From contig NC_086108.1 of the NCBI RefSeq assembly GCF_963921235.1, positions 106,394,001 through 106,458,000 on the forward strand: a DNA stretch of 64,000 nucleotides, read 5' to 3'. The DNA is from Mobula hypostoma. Its lineage: Eukaryota. Position 1 is the stretch's first letter. Each line of letters starts with the position of its first letter. Made by a program: the position numbers and the translations under genes. The notes under the pieces are model-generated. The model ran no database searches and was not told the origin of the DNA. It was given only the letters and a program-made list of their open reading frames with translations. Shown in pieces: positions 48,096 to 60,255 of the stretch.

Positions 48096-48281
48096 TAAAA
48101 GTTGCTGGTGGAACGCAGCAGGCCAGGCAGCATCTATTGGAAGAGGTACTGTTGACGTTTCGGGCCGAGACCCTTCGTCTCTGTACCTCTTCCAATAGAT
48201 GCTGCCTAGCCTGCTGTGTTCACCAGCAACTTTTATGTGTGTTGCTTGAAATTCCAGCATCTGCAGATTTCCTCGTGTTTG
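48096..48281. mobile_element. PLE terminal-repeat foldback
   Basis: Arms 48096-48149 and 48183-48235 are near-perfect reverse complements around a partial hammerhead. Confidence 0.9.
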
Positions 48282-48634
48282 TGTTCTGCATCTTACCCAT
48301 CGACATGTCTGCCTCTTAAATTCAGTAAATGTTCCTAGAACCTGTGATATGTGTTCCAGATTTCATCCACTATGTGATTTAAAAAACTTAACTTTCTTCC
48401 CAGGTCCCTTTAGATCTCCTTCCTCTTGCTTCTGATACTTTGGTTTTGCCAAGAGACCTAGGTAGACAAGACCCTACTTTTTGAGAGAGGACTGGGGATG
48501 CAGTCAGGTTCAAGGTCAGAGTCAGAGTGGCTGTTATTATCACCTCTACGTGCACAGGTGCAATGAAGAGCTTGCAGCAGTATCACAGGCAAATAGCATC
48601 AGATACACTCCAAGGATCACACTCATAATCGTCA

Positions 48635-49035
48635 GCTTGTCGTGTTGGAGAGGTGTGAAAGTTCCTGAGATCCAGATCATGCTGGGATTTTAACTAACTA
48701 GTGCCTAGGTTCAGGTAGGGCCACCCATAGTGTTAAGGTCAAGAGGGAGGTTCCAGACAAAAAGTGATCCAACCAAAACTTCAGCGGCGGAGCTGGTGGA
48801 AGACGATGACACGTCACAACAGCACTGAAGGTGGAGGAAAGCTGTAGCAGTGAAGACTCCTCAGTCTTCTTGCATTCCGTGCAACTGGACCCTGACCCCT
48901 ATCTGTCAAGGACCGTGTGGTGTTTACCTATGCATCAGCACCCCTCCCCACCCCCATGTTAAACAAAGCCACACACAGGCTTTCTCCATTAGAGACAACC
49001 CCATCATACTTGACTCGAGTGATTGCACTACCACA
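48635..49035 (+). mobile_element. RTE-type 5'UTR-derived element
   Basis: CTTGTCGTGTTGGAGAGG...GGTAGGGCCACCCAT resembles RTE/BovB 5' ends (from memory). Confidence 0.5.
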
Positions 49036-49199
49036 CAACTTTCAAAAGAAAAACACGAATTAAACGTAATGTTTTTTCACAGTTGTGTCCAAGAAAGAAC
49101 ACAATGAGAAAAAAATAAAGAAAGCCCCTTATAGTGCTAAAAGTTTACTAGTGTTGCTATACTGAGGTAGTAATTAGGGTTGTGCGGGTCAGTTCAAGA

Positions 49200-49355
49200 A
49201 TCAAATTAGGAGGGACGGACTATGGGGTATAAATACCATTGGACTAAACATGCTCAGGCATCACTCCTGATGAAAATGACAGGACTTGTCATCAAAATGT
49301 CAGTTAAAATCAATACCTATACCTGATTGGAAACCTGAGAAGAGTTTATTCAAAC
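49200..49355 (+). mobile_element. Terminal repeat of a probable second PLE family with decayed hammerhead
   Basis: TATAAATA upstream of CTGATGA-AA-ATGACAG-GAC-TTGTCAT-CAAAA-TGTC. Confidence 0.55.
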
Positions 49356-52090
49356 ATTTATTTAATTATTTTTTGATTTTATTTGGAGGTAAGGCGCAGA
49401 ACAGCCCTACTGGCCCAACAAGCCCCTCCACCAGGCAACCCACCTATTTAACCCCAGCCAATCTACAATTAACCCACTAACCCGTATGTCCTTGGACTGT
49501 GGGAGGAAACCGGAGCACCCAGAGGAAACCCATGCGCTCATGGGAAGGCCATACAAGCTCCTTACAGAGGGTGCTGGAATTGAACTCTGAACTCTGACAC
49601 CCTGAGCTATTTTCCATCACACAAGAGGTGAAAGAACACTCTAATCACATAGTCCTGCTACTGACACCACTGCAGTTCCACTGTAGTCGAATTAAATTGA
49701 CCAAGCCAAAAATGCTTATCTCTGTGATTAATTCAGGCTAACAAGCCCCAACAGCAAAAATTAAGTGTCATGTAAAGCCGTCATGTACTACAATGCTTTC
49801 TCTCTTAAACATCTTGTCTGATAAAGAACTGTCTCATACTTATCTTAATCCCGCTGTGTTTAAGATCCTTTAGCACACTTATATTTTTCATGGTTGGGTT
49901 TAAGTGTTCACACAGAAGAGCACAGCGAAGAATCAACACGACCAGAGCGATATTAAGCTTCTGTCTCTCTCATTAGCAACAATAAATACGCACCATGATA
50001 GATAGATAGAGCTCCCTTTTAACTCAGCATGACTGAAACGATCAGTAATTTTACTCAAAGCTTTTCCATTTAGTTTCCCAGATAATCTCCTTAATTTTTC
50101 ACCCACTTGAAACATTAATGGATTGGAATCACGCTGTGTGATATTAGTAACAAACGTATTAACATTAAGATTTACATACGGATTAGTTAAAAAAAACATT
50201 GTCGATCTTGGGTGGGCCAGAAAGCAGATAAATAATGGATTAACATGATTCTAAAGAACTCTAAGATGGATTTATCATTGAGAAGGGAATGGAATGATGT
50301 TCCAAATGGCATTTGGTGATCACAAATTGCTCTGAATAAATGATTAACATTGTTATGCTGTGGAATATTCCAGCTGTTATGTAGCTGGTTGGTTAGGCTT
50401 ATCCCGAATTCGAGTTGTTAGCTTTAGAAAGATGAAGATTGGCTTTATTTAACATGTGAACATCCAAACATGCAATGAAATGTGACCTTTGTGTCAATGA
50501 ACACAGGACGGGAATAAGCTGCAGAAAGTTATAAACCCAGCCGCTCCATTATGGGCTCTGGCCTCCTCAGCGTTCGGGCACCTTCAAAAGGTGAAGCCCC
50601 AGAAAGGCAGCATCCATCATTAAGGACCCCCATCACCCAGGGCATGCCTTCTTCTCATTGCTACCATCAGGAGCCTGAAGACACACTCTCAATGGTTCAA
50701 AAACAGATTCTTCCCCTCCACCATCAGATTTCTGAATGGACAATGAACAAATGAGCACTGCCTTACTCCCGTTCCATGTTCTATGTCAAGTGAATGCACT
50801 TTGTAAGTTTTTCATGGGCTGTGGAGCCCTTCACATCACAGGGATGTGAAAGATCCTATGCAAATGCATGTTTGTGTTCCTTGCTCTTTGCTCTGATTTG
50901 GGAAGGCAAATAGTAAAGCCAACATCTTCAGTCAGTGATAAAATTTAGCATTCAATGTGAAAAGTGAGCTGAACGTTTGTGCATCGGTGCATGCAGTGCA
51001 ATGCATCGTTTGCATCAGATCAAATCAGAGAGGACTATGCTGGGGGTGTCCTACAACTGTTGCCACACTTCCAGCACCAGCATCAACATCGTCATTACGT
51101 GCCGTGTCGTATAACATGAATGATTATGTTCTTGACCATGATTGTTCTTGGTAAATTTTTCTACAGAAGTAGTTTGCCATTGCCTTCTTCTGGGCAGTGT
51201 CTTTACAAAACAGGTGACCCCAGTAGTTACCAGAACACTTAAAAGAAATCCACGTGGTTATGAGGAGAACATACAAGCTCCTTACAGACAGCGATGGCAA
51301 TCGAATCCTGATTTTTCAGCTGGCGCTGTAACAACGTTATGCTAACCACTATGTTACCATAGGTATTTTTTATAAACTTTGATTTCTAATTAGAGAAATT
51401 GAATTTCATAGTTATTCAATCCTAATGCTGTTTGAGAGACAAAAGTATATGCTTCCTTTCTTGCATGAAGGAGCAAGCAGTTTGTGAAACCGCATTTTTA
51501 AAATGGGTGATTTGCAAGAAGGTAATTTCTCCAGTACCAATGAAAAGGAGTAACAATGAGTCAAAAGCAATCAACATAACAATTTTTTTGTGCTTGTCAT
51601 TTTACTAATGAGTCATTTAAATAATGAAACTGTCGAAAATTTCAATGGTCCAGCTGTGGAGGGTGCAATTATTTGAGAATTTGTCTGAACACTAAGCGAT
51701 GCCAGAATTTAGCAACAACACCTTACAAGAGTCGGCAAGTGCAACATGGAATAACCGCTGTCAGGCTGAGGAGAGATTTCAGTTAACAGGAAGACTCACA
51801 ATTTAAGATTGTTTATTGTCATTCTTCAGTACACGAGTGTAAAGGAGAACAAAATTGTTGTTACTCTGGATTTGATACCACACAATAAGCAAACAAGCAT
51901 AGTAAATGTAAATATAGAGGCAATTCTATAAAACACAGTGTACATTGTACTGTTGGGTATGGTAGAATCAGCTTATATATATAGACTGATAGTACGTACA
52001 TGAAGTATAAAATACAAAAGATCTAAGTACAAAGTAAATTTATTATCAAAGTATGTATATGTCACCATAAACTACCCTTATACTGCCTTG

Positions 52091-52397
52091 TGGGCACGTG
52101 GCCAAGTGGTTAAGGCATTGCACTAGCAACCTGAAGGTCGTGAGTTCGAGCCCCAGCCGAGGCAACGTGTAGTGTCCTTGAGCAAGGCACTTAACCACAC
52201 ATTGCTCTGCGACGACACCAGTGCCAAGCTGTATGGGTCCTAATGCCCTTCCCTTGGACAACATTGGTGTCGTGGAGAGGGGAGACTTGTGGCATGGGCA
52301 ACTGCCGGTCTTCCATACAACCTTGCCCAGGCCTGCTCCCTGGAGAGTGAAGAATTTCCAGGCACAGATCCATGGTCTTGCAAGACTAATGGATGCC
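52091..52397 (+). mobile_element. tRNA-derived SINE with RTE-like tail, copy 2
   Basis: Near-identical to 42505-42800, with intact A and B boxes. Confidence 0.9.
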
Positions 52398-52869
52398 TTT
52401 TTTCTTACTACCCTAGGATTCACTTTCTTGTGGGCATTCACAGTAGAAGAAAGGAATACAATAGAATCAGTGAACGACAATAGAGGGCAAACAGACTCTG
52501 CATTGGTCGGGTCAACCATGGACATTGTGTCCTTTCTCTCTGCGTTAGTCAATACGCGAGCCTGGGCGGTACAATATGAAGAGCTGTTACCCATGCAGCA
52601 AGCTCCCCCTCTCCACATAATTGATGAACCCAAAGGAACGGCAGAGACTGATACAGCTCAGCACCAGTGGTGTTGCAGGAATTGCCAGTCAGTGTTGAAC
52701 TCAATGTAAGACTGACTTAGGGACTCCAGCTCTGGATTTTTCCTTGGGGTTTACTCAGGAAGCTTCCCCCATGATTGGGTATAGCCGCGGTTTGAGACTG
52801 GAGTTTTCCTTCTCCTAGATGAGCTGCCAGCCATGGCTGGCGAGCCCCATCTGCCTGGAATGACACACT

Positions 52870-53388
52870 AAGCACAAACATGGACAAACAGTCAATGTAC
52901 AAAAGAAGACAGACTGTGCAAATACACATATTATAATAATCATAATAAACCATAAATAAGTACTATTGAGATCATGAGGTGCAGATTCCTTGACAGTGAG
53001 TCTTTAGGTTGTGGAATCAGTTCAGTGTTGAGGTGAGTGAAGTTATCCATGCTGGTTCAGGAACCTGGTGATTGTAGGGCAATAACTGCTTCTGACCCTA
53101 GTGCTGTGGGACTAAAGCTCCTGTATCTCCGTACTGATGGCAGCAGTGAGAAGACAGCATGGTTTGGATGGTGGGGGTCTTTGACGATGGATGCTGCTTT
53201 CCTGTGACAGTGCTCCTTGTAGATTTGCTTAATGATGAGGAGGGCTTTTCTTGTGATGGATTGGACTGTATGTGCCACATTTAGTATGTTTTTCTTTTCC
53301 TGGGCATTATTGTTTCCATACCAGGCCATGAATCAACCAGTAAGGATACCCTCCACTGTGCATCTGTCATCGTTTTAGGTGATATGCT
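52870..53388 (-). mobile_element. Rex1/Babar 3' fragment
   Basis: AWYGNNNAQE...IYKEHCHRKAASIVKDPHHPNHAVFSLLPSVRRYRS. Confidence 0.85.
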
Positions 53389-53583
53389 GAGGTGTATGGG
53401 GCGTCAGGGAGGGGTGGCACCTCTAGTGAGGGAACATGTCGTGTCCTTCTCAGGGCGGTTTGTCCACCTTTGGTCTCCAGCTGGCACTCAGCTCTCACCT
53501 GTGGCTCCCTGTAGCTGTTTGCACGTGACAGTGGCCACACCCCGGGCAACGGCTTCGACAAGCCGGCTAAACCAGGTGAGGGT
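53389..53583 (+). ncRNA. Candidate HDV-like self-cleaving ribozyme
   Basis: P1 GAGGTGT/ACACCCC (GGGGTGT in the other copy), P2 CTCACCTG/CAGGTGAG, P3 GGC/GCC, P1.1 CC/GG, P4 CGGCTT/AAGCCG, J4/2 GCTAA. Folded by eye only. Confidence 0.55.
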
Positions 53584-53903
53584 AACCGACGGGTCTCGGT
53601 GAGATAGGGAGTTGTCTATCCCAGCATGTGAAGACAGACTCTGGCGGATTGAGCGGACGAGACCAATAGAAGGTCCAACGGTCAAGAAGGAGGTCTCTAC
53701 AAGTGTCGTGGAACATATAGGGCAGGACAAGACACAGAAGACAACCTGGTCATCCACTATGCCTAGTCCCATCTCCAGCCATCTCAACTCTTGTCTTGCC
53801 ACTGGATCCAGATGGGAATTGGGAAGAGAGAGTGAGGCTGACGCTGCACAACTCTCCCTCACTTACATCCAAGTCAAGCGCTAGTCTTGACACCATCATA
53901 AAA

Positions 53904-54053
53904 GCCGGCTGGTGGTGCAGTGACATCTGCGTCAGACTCCAGGAGTGAAGGTTCCCGAGTTCGAATCTAGTCGAGCTGCTCCCTGGCATGCTTTCCATCC
54001 ATGCTGGGTTGAGTGTTGAGCTAGCAACTCGACCTCGTAAAAAGTACTAATGC
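53904..54053 (+). mobile_element. tRNA-derived SINE, different family
   Basis: A-box-like TGGTGCAGTG and B box GAGTTCGAATC, followed by a non-tRNA body. Confidence 0.7.
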
Positions 54054-54855
54054 TGTCGAAGTCTTCATCGATGACGATGGACGAACCTTTATGCCGAATC
54101 CATGCAAACTTCTAAGAAAGAAAAGGTGCTGCGGTGGAGAAATACCTGAGCATAAGGTGACACTGACAGGAAATGACAAGTTGACAAAGTGACTCCTGGC
54201 AAGTTGAACTCTTCTAGATTGCAGCTGAGCATGTGAGAACAGATTAGGACAGTGACAGGCGTAATGTGTAAGATCAGATAAACACCAGCTCAGCATCAAG
54301 CCAATGAAAGATGCACCTTGGTCCATCTGAAACTTTCTGGTCTTTTAGCTCAACAGGATGCCCGTAACAGAATGGCGTACATGCTAACAGACACCATGAA
54401 GACTGGCAGATTCATTGGAAAGGCTGCGTATGAAAGAACCATAGTCTAGCATTCTATAGCCACTGGACTCAGTGGACTCTAAAGTGCTGGGTCCTGTATA
54501 ACAGCCACAGACACTTCATGAGTATATCATTGCATCGCAGTCTCTGGTATAGCATTTTGAATGCACCAGAACGTAGGGAGCTGCAGAGAGTAGCAATCTC
54601 TGTCCAATACATCATTGGCACGTCCCTCCCTACCATCAGTAGCATTTGCATCAAGAAGGCAATGTTGACCATCAAAAATCACCACCATCTGCACTGATCC
54701 ATCTTCTCATAACAACCATGGGCCAGAAGGTAGAATGGGAGAATGTACAAACTTCTTATAGGCTGTGGTGCAAATTGAACCCAGGTCACCAGAACTGTAA
54801 ATCATTGTGATACCCACTGCACTAATGTACCATGTCTATTGTGCATGTGACAATA

Positions 54856-55327
54856 AACACAGTGGTCACTTTATTTGGTACACCAATATACCTACTCATT
54901 ATTGCAAATATCTAATCAGCCAATCATGTGGCAGCAACTCAGTGCATAAAAGCATGGTCAAGAGATTCAGTTGTTTTTCAGACCAGACATCAGAATGGGA
55001 AAGAAAAGTGATCTAAGTGACATTGACTGTGGCTTGACTATCTCAGAAACTACTGATGTCCTGGGATTTGCACACATAATAATCTCTAGAGTTTACAGAG
55101 AATGGTGCAAAATCAAAAACAAAAAATCCTGCAGTTCTGTGGGTGAAAATATCTTGTTATTGAGAGAGGTCAGAGGAGGATGGCCAGACTGATTCAAGCT
55201 GGCATGAAGGTGACAGTAACTCAAATAACCACACGTTACAACAGTGGTGTGCAGAAGAGCATCTCTGAACGCACAATATGTCAAATCTCGAAGTGGTGGA
55301 CTACAGGCACAGAGGAATATGAGCATA
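54856..55327 (+). mobile_element. Tc1-like non-autonomous remnant
   Basis: TIR plus MGKKSDLSD...ISETTDVLGFAHIIISRVYREW, the helix-turn-helix start of a Tc1-type transposase. Confidence 0.88.
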
Positions 55328-55869
55328 CATGTTAATGTGATTATTTAAAGAGGAAACATGATGCTTCATAAGAACATGTATTGCCACGATGTCAGGTTTG
55401 CATTCCGCCTAGTTCATTGCCACGCATAGCAGAGTGTAGTGAAATTCTCTGCTTGTGTGAAGCTCGAAGTGAACAGAGTACATGTTAATAATAAACAATG
55501 AGTGAGAACAACAGGATGATGCCTAAACAACAGTGCACTCTGAAGTATTGTAAAAAGATATTCGAAATTGGCAATAACAGAATAACTGAGAGAATTGGGT
55601 TATTCATTTATTTACATTTAGAGATACAGTGTGGAATAGGCCCCTCCAGTCCTTTGAGCCACACTGCACTGCAACCCCAATTTAACACTAACCTAGTATG
55701 TGCGGAGGATGAACAGACTCCTTACAGAGGATTCCAGGATTGAACTCCGAACTCTGACACCCGGAGCTGCACTGACTGCTACACTACCATGGCGCCCATG
55801 GGTTTAAGAGTCCAAGAAGTTGGCAGCATCACTGTGAAGGGAATGTGGAAGAAGTTTAAGAAGTTTAAG

Positions 55870-56650
55870 ACCCCAAAGAGGATAGTAGAAACAGCTGAGA
55901 GGATCCCTAGGGTCTCCCTGTGCCTCTATTTGTGATATTTACTGGGAGCTCTGTAAACAAGGGGCCTGAAGTATCGCTGAGGATCCTAACCGCCCATCCC
56001 ACAACCTCATTGATCCACTACCATTAGGGAGGAGGTACAGGAGCATCAGGACTAGGACTACCAGACTGGGTAACAGCTTCTCCCCTCTGGCTGTGAGACT
56101 AATATGTGTCACCATATATGACCCTGAGATTCATTTTCTTGTGGGCATACATAATAAAACCAGAATAGAATAATAACCATAATGAGTCCATGGGTTGGGG
56201 CAACATTTCAATGATGGGGCAAGTGAACTTGAGTGAAGTTATCCCTTTTAGTTCAAGAGCCTGATGGATGAGGGATGATAACTGTTCCTGAACCTGGTAG
56301 TGTGGGTCCTGAGGCTCCTGTACCCTCTTCCTGATGGCAGCAGTGAGAAGAAAGCGTGGGCCTGGGTGATGGGTCAACGATGATGGATGTTGCTTTCCTG
56401 AAATGATGTTTCCTGTAGATGTGCTGAATGGTGGGGAGGGTTTAACCTATGACGGACTGGGACATATCCACTAATTTTTGTCAAATTTTCCATTCAAGGG
56501 CATTGCTGTTTCCATATCAGGCTTTGATGCAGCCAGTAAATATACTCTCCACTGCATATCTATGGAAGTTTGTCAGAGTTTGAGATGTCATGATGAATCT
56601 TTGCAAACTCCCAAGGAAGTAGAGGTACTGCTGTGCTTCCTTTGTAATCT
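55870..56650. mobile_element. Two Rex1/Babar 3' fragments, tail to tail
   Basis: GGAGGAGGTACAGGAGCATC (GRRYRS) on +; the reverse equivalent and tail on - from ~56100. Confidence 0.75.
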
Positions 56651-57227
56651 GTCAATCATGTGGAAGGGAGAGGAAAAAAAATTACTGGAAGGAGAAATTG
56701 ATGTTCATGCCAGGGTGTTGACCCTAAATACATCCGTTTGTCTCCCCAACAAAACTCCTTCAGCATTTTGTTTATAACTGCAGTTTCTTGTCTCGGCACT
56801 GTGGAGTTGGACTGCATAGGAAAAGGTGCATACAAATTTGATTGTGTTTCAACTATATTTATGAACAAAATACATTTAAAATATATAAATAAAAGTCTTC
56901 CAGATAGGGCTAACACTCTTTCCCATACTTCAGTGGTTTGACAATATTTGCAACGATGTACGTTCATTATAATAACTATGGTGGAGTTCATTGTGAAAGG
57001 ATCCACACTTAAGAATATGGAGATTGTGTTACAATTGTTTAGAGAGTTGGTAAGGCTATAGCTGGAACACTGTGCACAGTTTTGCTACCTAAGGTGACAT
57101 ACGCTCAGTGGCCACACTATCAGGTACACCTGTATACCTGCTCACTAATGCAAATATCTAATCAGCCAATCATGTAGCAGAAAATCAGTGCATAAGGGTG
57201 CACAGGCAAGGTTAAGAGGTTTGGTTA

Positions 57228-57400
57228 CAAGCAAGAGAAATTCCGCAGATGCTGAGAAACCAAGCAATACAAACAAAATGCTGGAGGAACACAGCAGGCC
57301 GGGCAGCATCTACAGAAAAGAGTACAGTCGACGCTTCAGATGAGACCCTTCAGCAGTCCTGCTGAAGGGTCTCGGTCCGAAACTTTGACTGTACTCTTTT
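57228..57400. mobile_element. PLE terminal repeat ending in an 85-bp palindrome
   Basis: 57316-57400 AAAAGAGTACAGTC...CTTCAGCAG-TC-CTGCTGAAG...GACTGTACTCTTTT. Confidence 0.9.
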
Positions 57401-58500
57401 GAAATCGGATGGCAGAGGGGAAGAAGCTGTTCTTTAATCACTGAATGTGTGTCTTCAGGCTTCTCTTCTTCCTTCCCAACAGTAACAATAAGAAGAAGAT
57501 GTGTCTTGGATGGTGGGGAACCTTAATGATGGCCGTCGACTTCCTATCTTGCTCCTGTATGCTGTTTTGTTACCATCTGAAATTCTGCAACAGTGGCTGT
57601 ATCATCAGCAAATTTGTATATGACTTTTGGGCTATGCCCAGCTACACAGTCATGGGTATCGGGAGAACAGAGCAGTGGGCTAAGCACATATCCCTGGGGT
57701 GTGCCAGTGTTGATTGTCAGCAAGGTGGAGATGCTATTTCCAATCCACACAGATTGTGGTCTTCCAGTTAGGAAGTCGAGGATCCAGTTGCAGAGGGAGG
57801 TACAAAGGGCTAGGTTCTGTAGCTTTTCGATCAAGACTGCAGGAATGATGGTGTGAAATGCTAAGCTCCAGTGAATAAACAGCTTCCTGACATAGGTATT
57901 TGCATTGTCTGGGTGATCCAAGGCTGCGTGGAGAGCCATTGAGATCTCGTCTGCTGTGGACCTATTGTGGTGATAGGCAAATTGCAGTGGGTCCACATCC
58001 TTCCTGAGATAGGTGTTGATTCTAGCCGTGATCAAACTCTCAGAGAATTTCATCATCATAGATGTGAGTGCTGCTGGCCGATAGTCATTGAGGCAGCCCA
58101 TGCTACTCTTCTTGGGCAGTGATATAATTCTTGCCCTTTTCATGCAGATGGGAACTTCCAACTGTAACAGTGAGAGATTGAAAATGTGTTTGAATAACCC
58201 TGCCAGTTGGTTGGCACAGGTTCTCAGAACCTTACCAGGTACGCCATCGGGCCTTGTCGCCTTGCAAGAGTTCGCCCTCTTGAAAGACCGCCTGACATCA
58301 GGCTCTGAGACGAGATCATAAGGATGCTGCAGGGATCCTCATAGCTGTGGTTTTCTTCTCCCTTTCAAACCAAGCTTAAAAACCATTGAAGAATCGCTGC
58401 CATTCATTATGTTGAGTTTTGCTTTGTAGAAAGTAATGGTCTTCAAATCCTGCCAAAGTTGATGGCACCTCTAACTTCTCCCTGAATTGTTTCTTGACTC
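57401..58500 (-). mobile_element. Rex1/Babar LINE with RT remnant (ORF 57544-58161)
   Basis: CLNDYRPAALTS, DPLQFAY, NRSTAD, LCNWILDFLTGRPQSV, GTPQGYVLSPLL, KFADD. Confidence 0.93.
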
Positions 58501-58974
58501 TTGAAATATTAATCAGGGTGTCAAAGGTTACAGGAAGAAGTCAGGACAATAGGGATGAGAAGGATAATAAATCAGCCATGATGGAATGGCAGAGCAAACT
58601 CAATATGTCAAATGGCCCAACTCTGCCCCTATGTCACATGGACCCTTGGAAAGGAAGGGGGGCAAAAGCCGAAATCATTAGTTTTATTTCAGGTATATAT
58701 TTGAAAGATTGAAGAGCCGAGTGTTACAGGGAGAAGGAGAGGGCGGCATAGATCAATTATGATCACATTGAGTATGGAGGAGGAAGGGGACGGTGGTAAG
58801 CTTCAGGCATCCTGCTCTGATTTTCTTGTTCAAATGCTAAGCAGTGCAAAACAGCAGTGTAGGACATACAAGTACAGATGGCATAGCTGTAAATGATGAA
58901 ATAAAGTGATTGGCAAATAGTTGCACTATACGGCTGCCACAAAACAGCAAATTTCTCATCATAAAAGACAGTTT

Positions 58975-59338
58975 TGAATATTGAAAGGCCTAGAAAGGGT
59001 GGACATGGAGGGGAAGTTTCCTATAGTGAGGGAGTTTAGGACCAGAGGGCACAGCCTCAGAATAGGAGGATGTCTCTTTAGAACAGAGATGAGGAGGAAT
59101 TTCTTTAGCCAGAGGGTGGAAAATCTGTCAACTTCATTGCAACAGATGGCTGTGGAGCCTGGTCCCTGGGAATATTTAAAGCAGAGGGTGATAGGCTCTT
59201 GATTGATAATAGCATTAAAGATTACAGGCTGAAGAAAGAGAATGGGATTCAGAAGGATAATGCATCAGCCATTATCGCTGGCCAAATGGCCTAATTCTGC
59301 TCCTATGTCTTAAGGTCTTATTGTCTTATGATCTTATG
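58975..59338 (+). mobile_element. CR1 3' fragment
   Basis: KGLERVD...RTRGHSLRI...RRNFFSQRV; (TCTTATG)-type tail. Confidence 0.9.
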
Positions 59339-59884
59339 GTGATAATAAAGCTGATTCTCATTATATTTCAATTTCTGGAGGGGAAGCTGGTTTCGATGAT
59401 GTGCTGAGCCGTGTCCACAACTCTGGGCAGTTCCTTGTGATCTTCAGCAGGGCAGTTGCCATGAGGCGTCTGGGTTGGATGCTGCATCGATAAAAATTAG
59501 TGATGGTCAATGGGAACATGTTAAATTTCTTTAATATCCTGAAAATGTGGAGATGCTGATGTGCTTTCTTGACCTCCATGTCTACGTGACCAGGACAGAT
59601 TATTGGTTGAGACCCGACGCAGGCTGGGAGACCGTTTTGCTGAACACCTATGCTCTGTCCGGCAGAGAAAGCAGGATCTCCCAGTGGCCACACATTTTAA
59701 TTCCACATCCCATTCCCATTCTGACATGTCTATCCACGGCCTCCTCTACTGCAAAGATGAAGCCACACTCAGGTTGGAGGAACAACATCTTATATTCCGT
59801 CTGGGTAGCCACCAACCTGACGGCATGAACATTGACTTCCCTAACTTCAGTTAATGCCCCTCCTCCCCTTCTTATCCCATCCCT

Positions 59885-59950
59885 TATTTATTTATTTGTT
59901 TGTTTGTTTGTTTGTTTGTTTGTTTGTTTATTTATTTATTTATTTATTAT
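59885..59950. repeat. Compound (TTTA)n(TTTG)n(TTTA)n microsatellite within the PLE 3'UTR
   Basis: Seen directly. Confidence 0.95.
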
Positions 59951-60217
59951 TTCTTCCCTTTTTTTCCTCTCTCTTTTTTCTCTCTCTGTCCCTCTCACAA
60001 TAACTCCTTGCCTGCTCTCCATCTTCCTCTGGTGCTCCCCTCCCCTTTTCTCTCTCCCTAGGCCTCTCCTCCCATGATCCTCTCCCTTCTCCAGCCTTGT
60101 ATCCCTTTTGCCAATCAACTTTCCAGTCCATCCCTCCCCGCTCCTGTCTTCTCCTATCATTTCGGATCTCCCCCTCCTCCTCCCACTTTCAAATCTCTTA
60201 CTAGCTCTTCCTTCAGT

Positions 60218-60255
60218 TAGTCCTGATGAAGGGTCTCGGCCCGAAACGTCGACTG
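60218..60255 (+). ncRNA. Minimal type I hammerhead ribozyme, intact
   Basis: TAGTC-CTGATGA-A-GGGT-CTCG-GCCC-GAAA-CGTC-GACTG; predicted cleavage after C60250. Confidence 0.87.

Larger units (their letters stand above)
53389..54090 (+). mobile_element. ORF-less RTE-derived retroposon, copy 2, interrupted near its 3' end by a tRNA-SINE
   Basis: Colinear with the reverse complement of 40301-40840; 3' end GATGGACGAAC resumes after ~54055. Confidence 0.85.

Noticed and set aside
52046..52633. 195-aa minus-strand ORF
   Set aside because: Spans several unrelated non-coding repeats and has no protein motif.
54349..54432. Candidate exon after TTTCTGGTCTTTTAG reading QQDARNRMAYMLTDTMKTGRFIGKGCV
   Set aside because: Peptide not recognised, and signals of this strength occur by chance.
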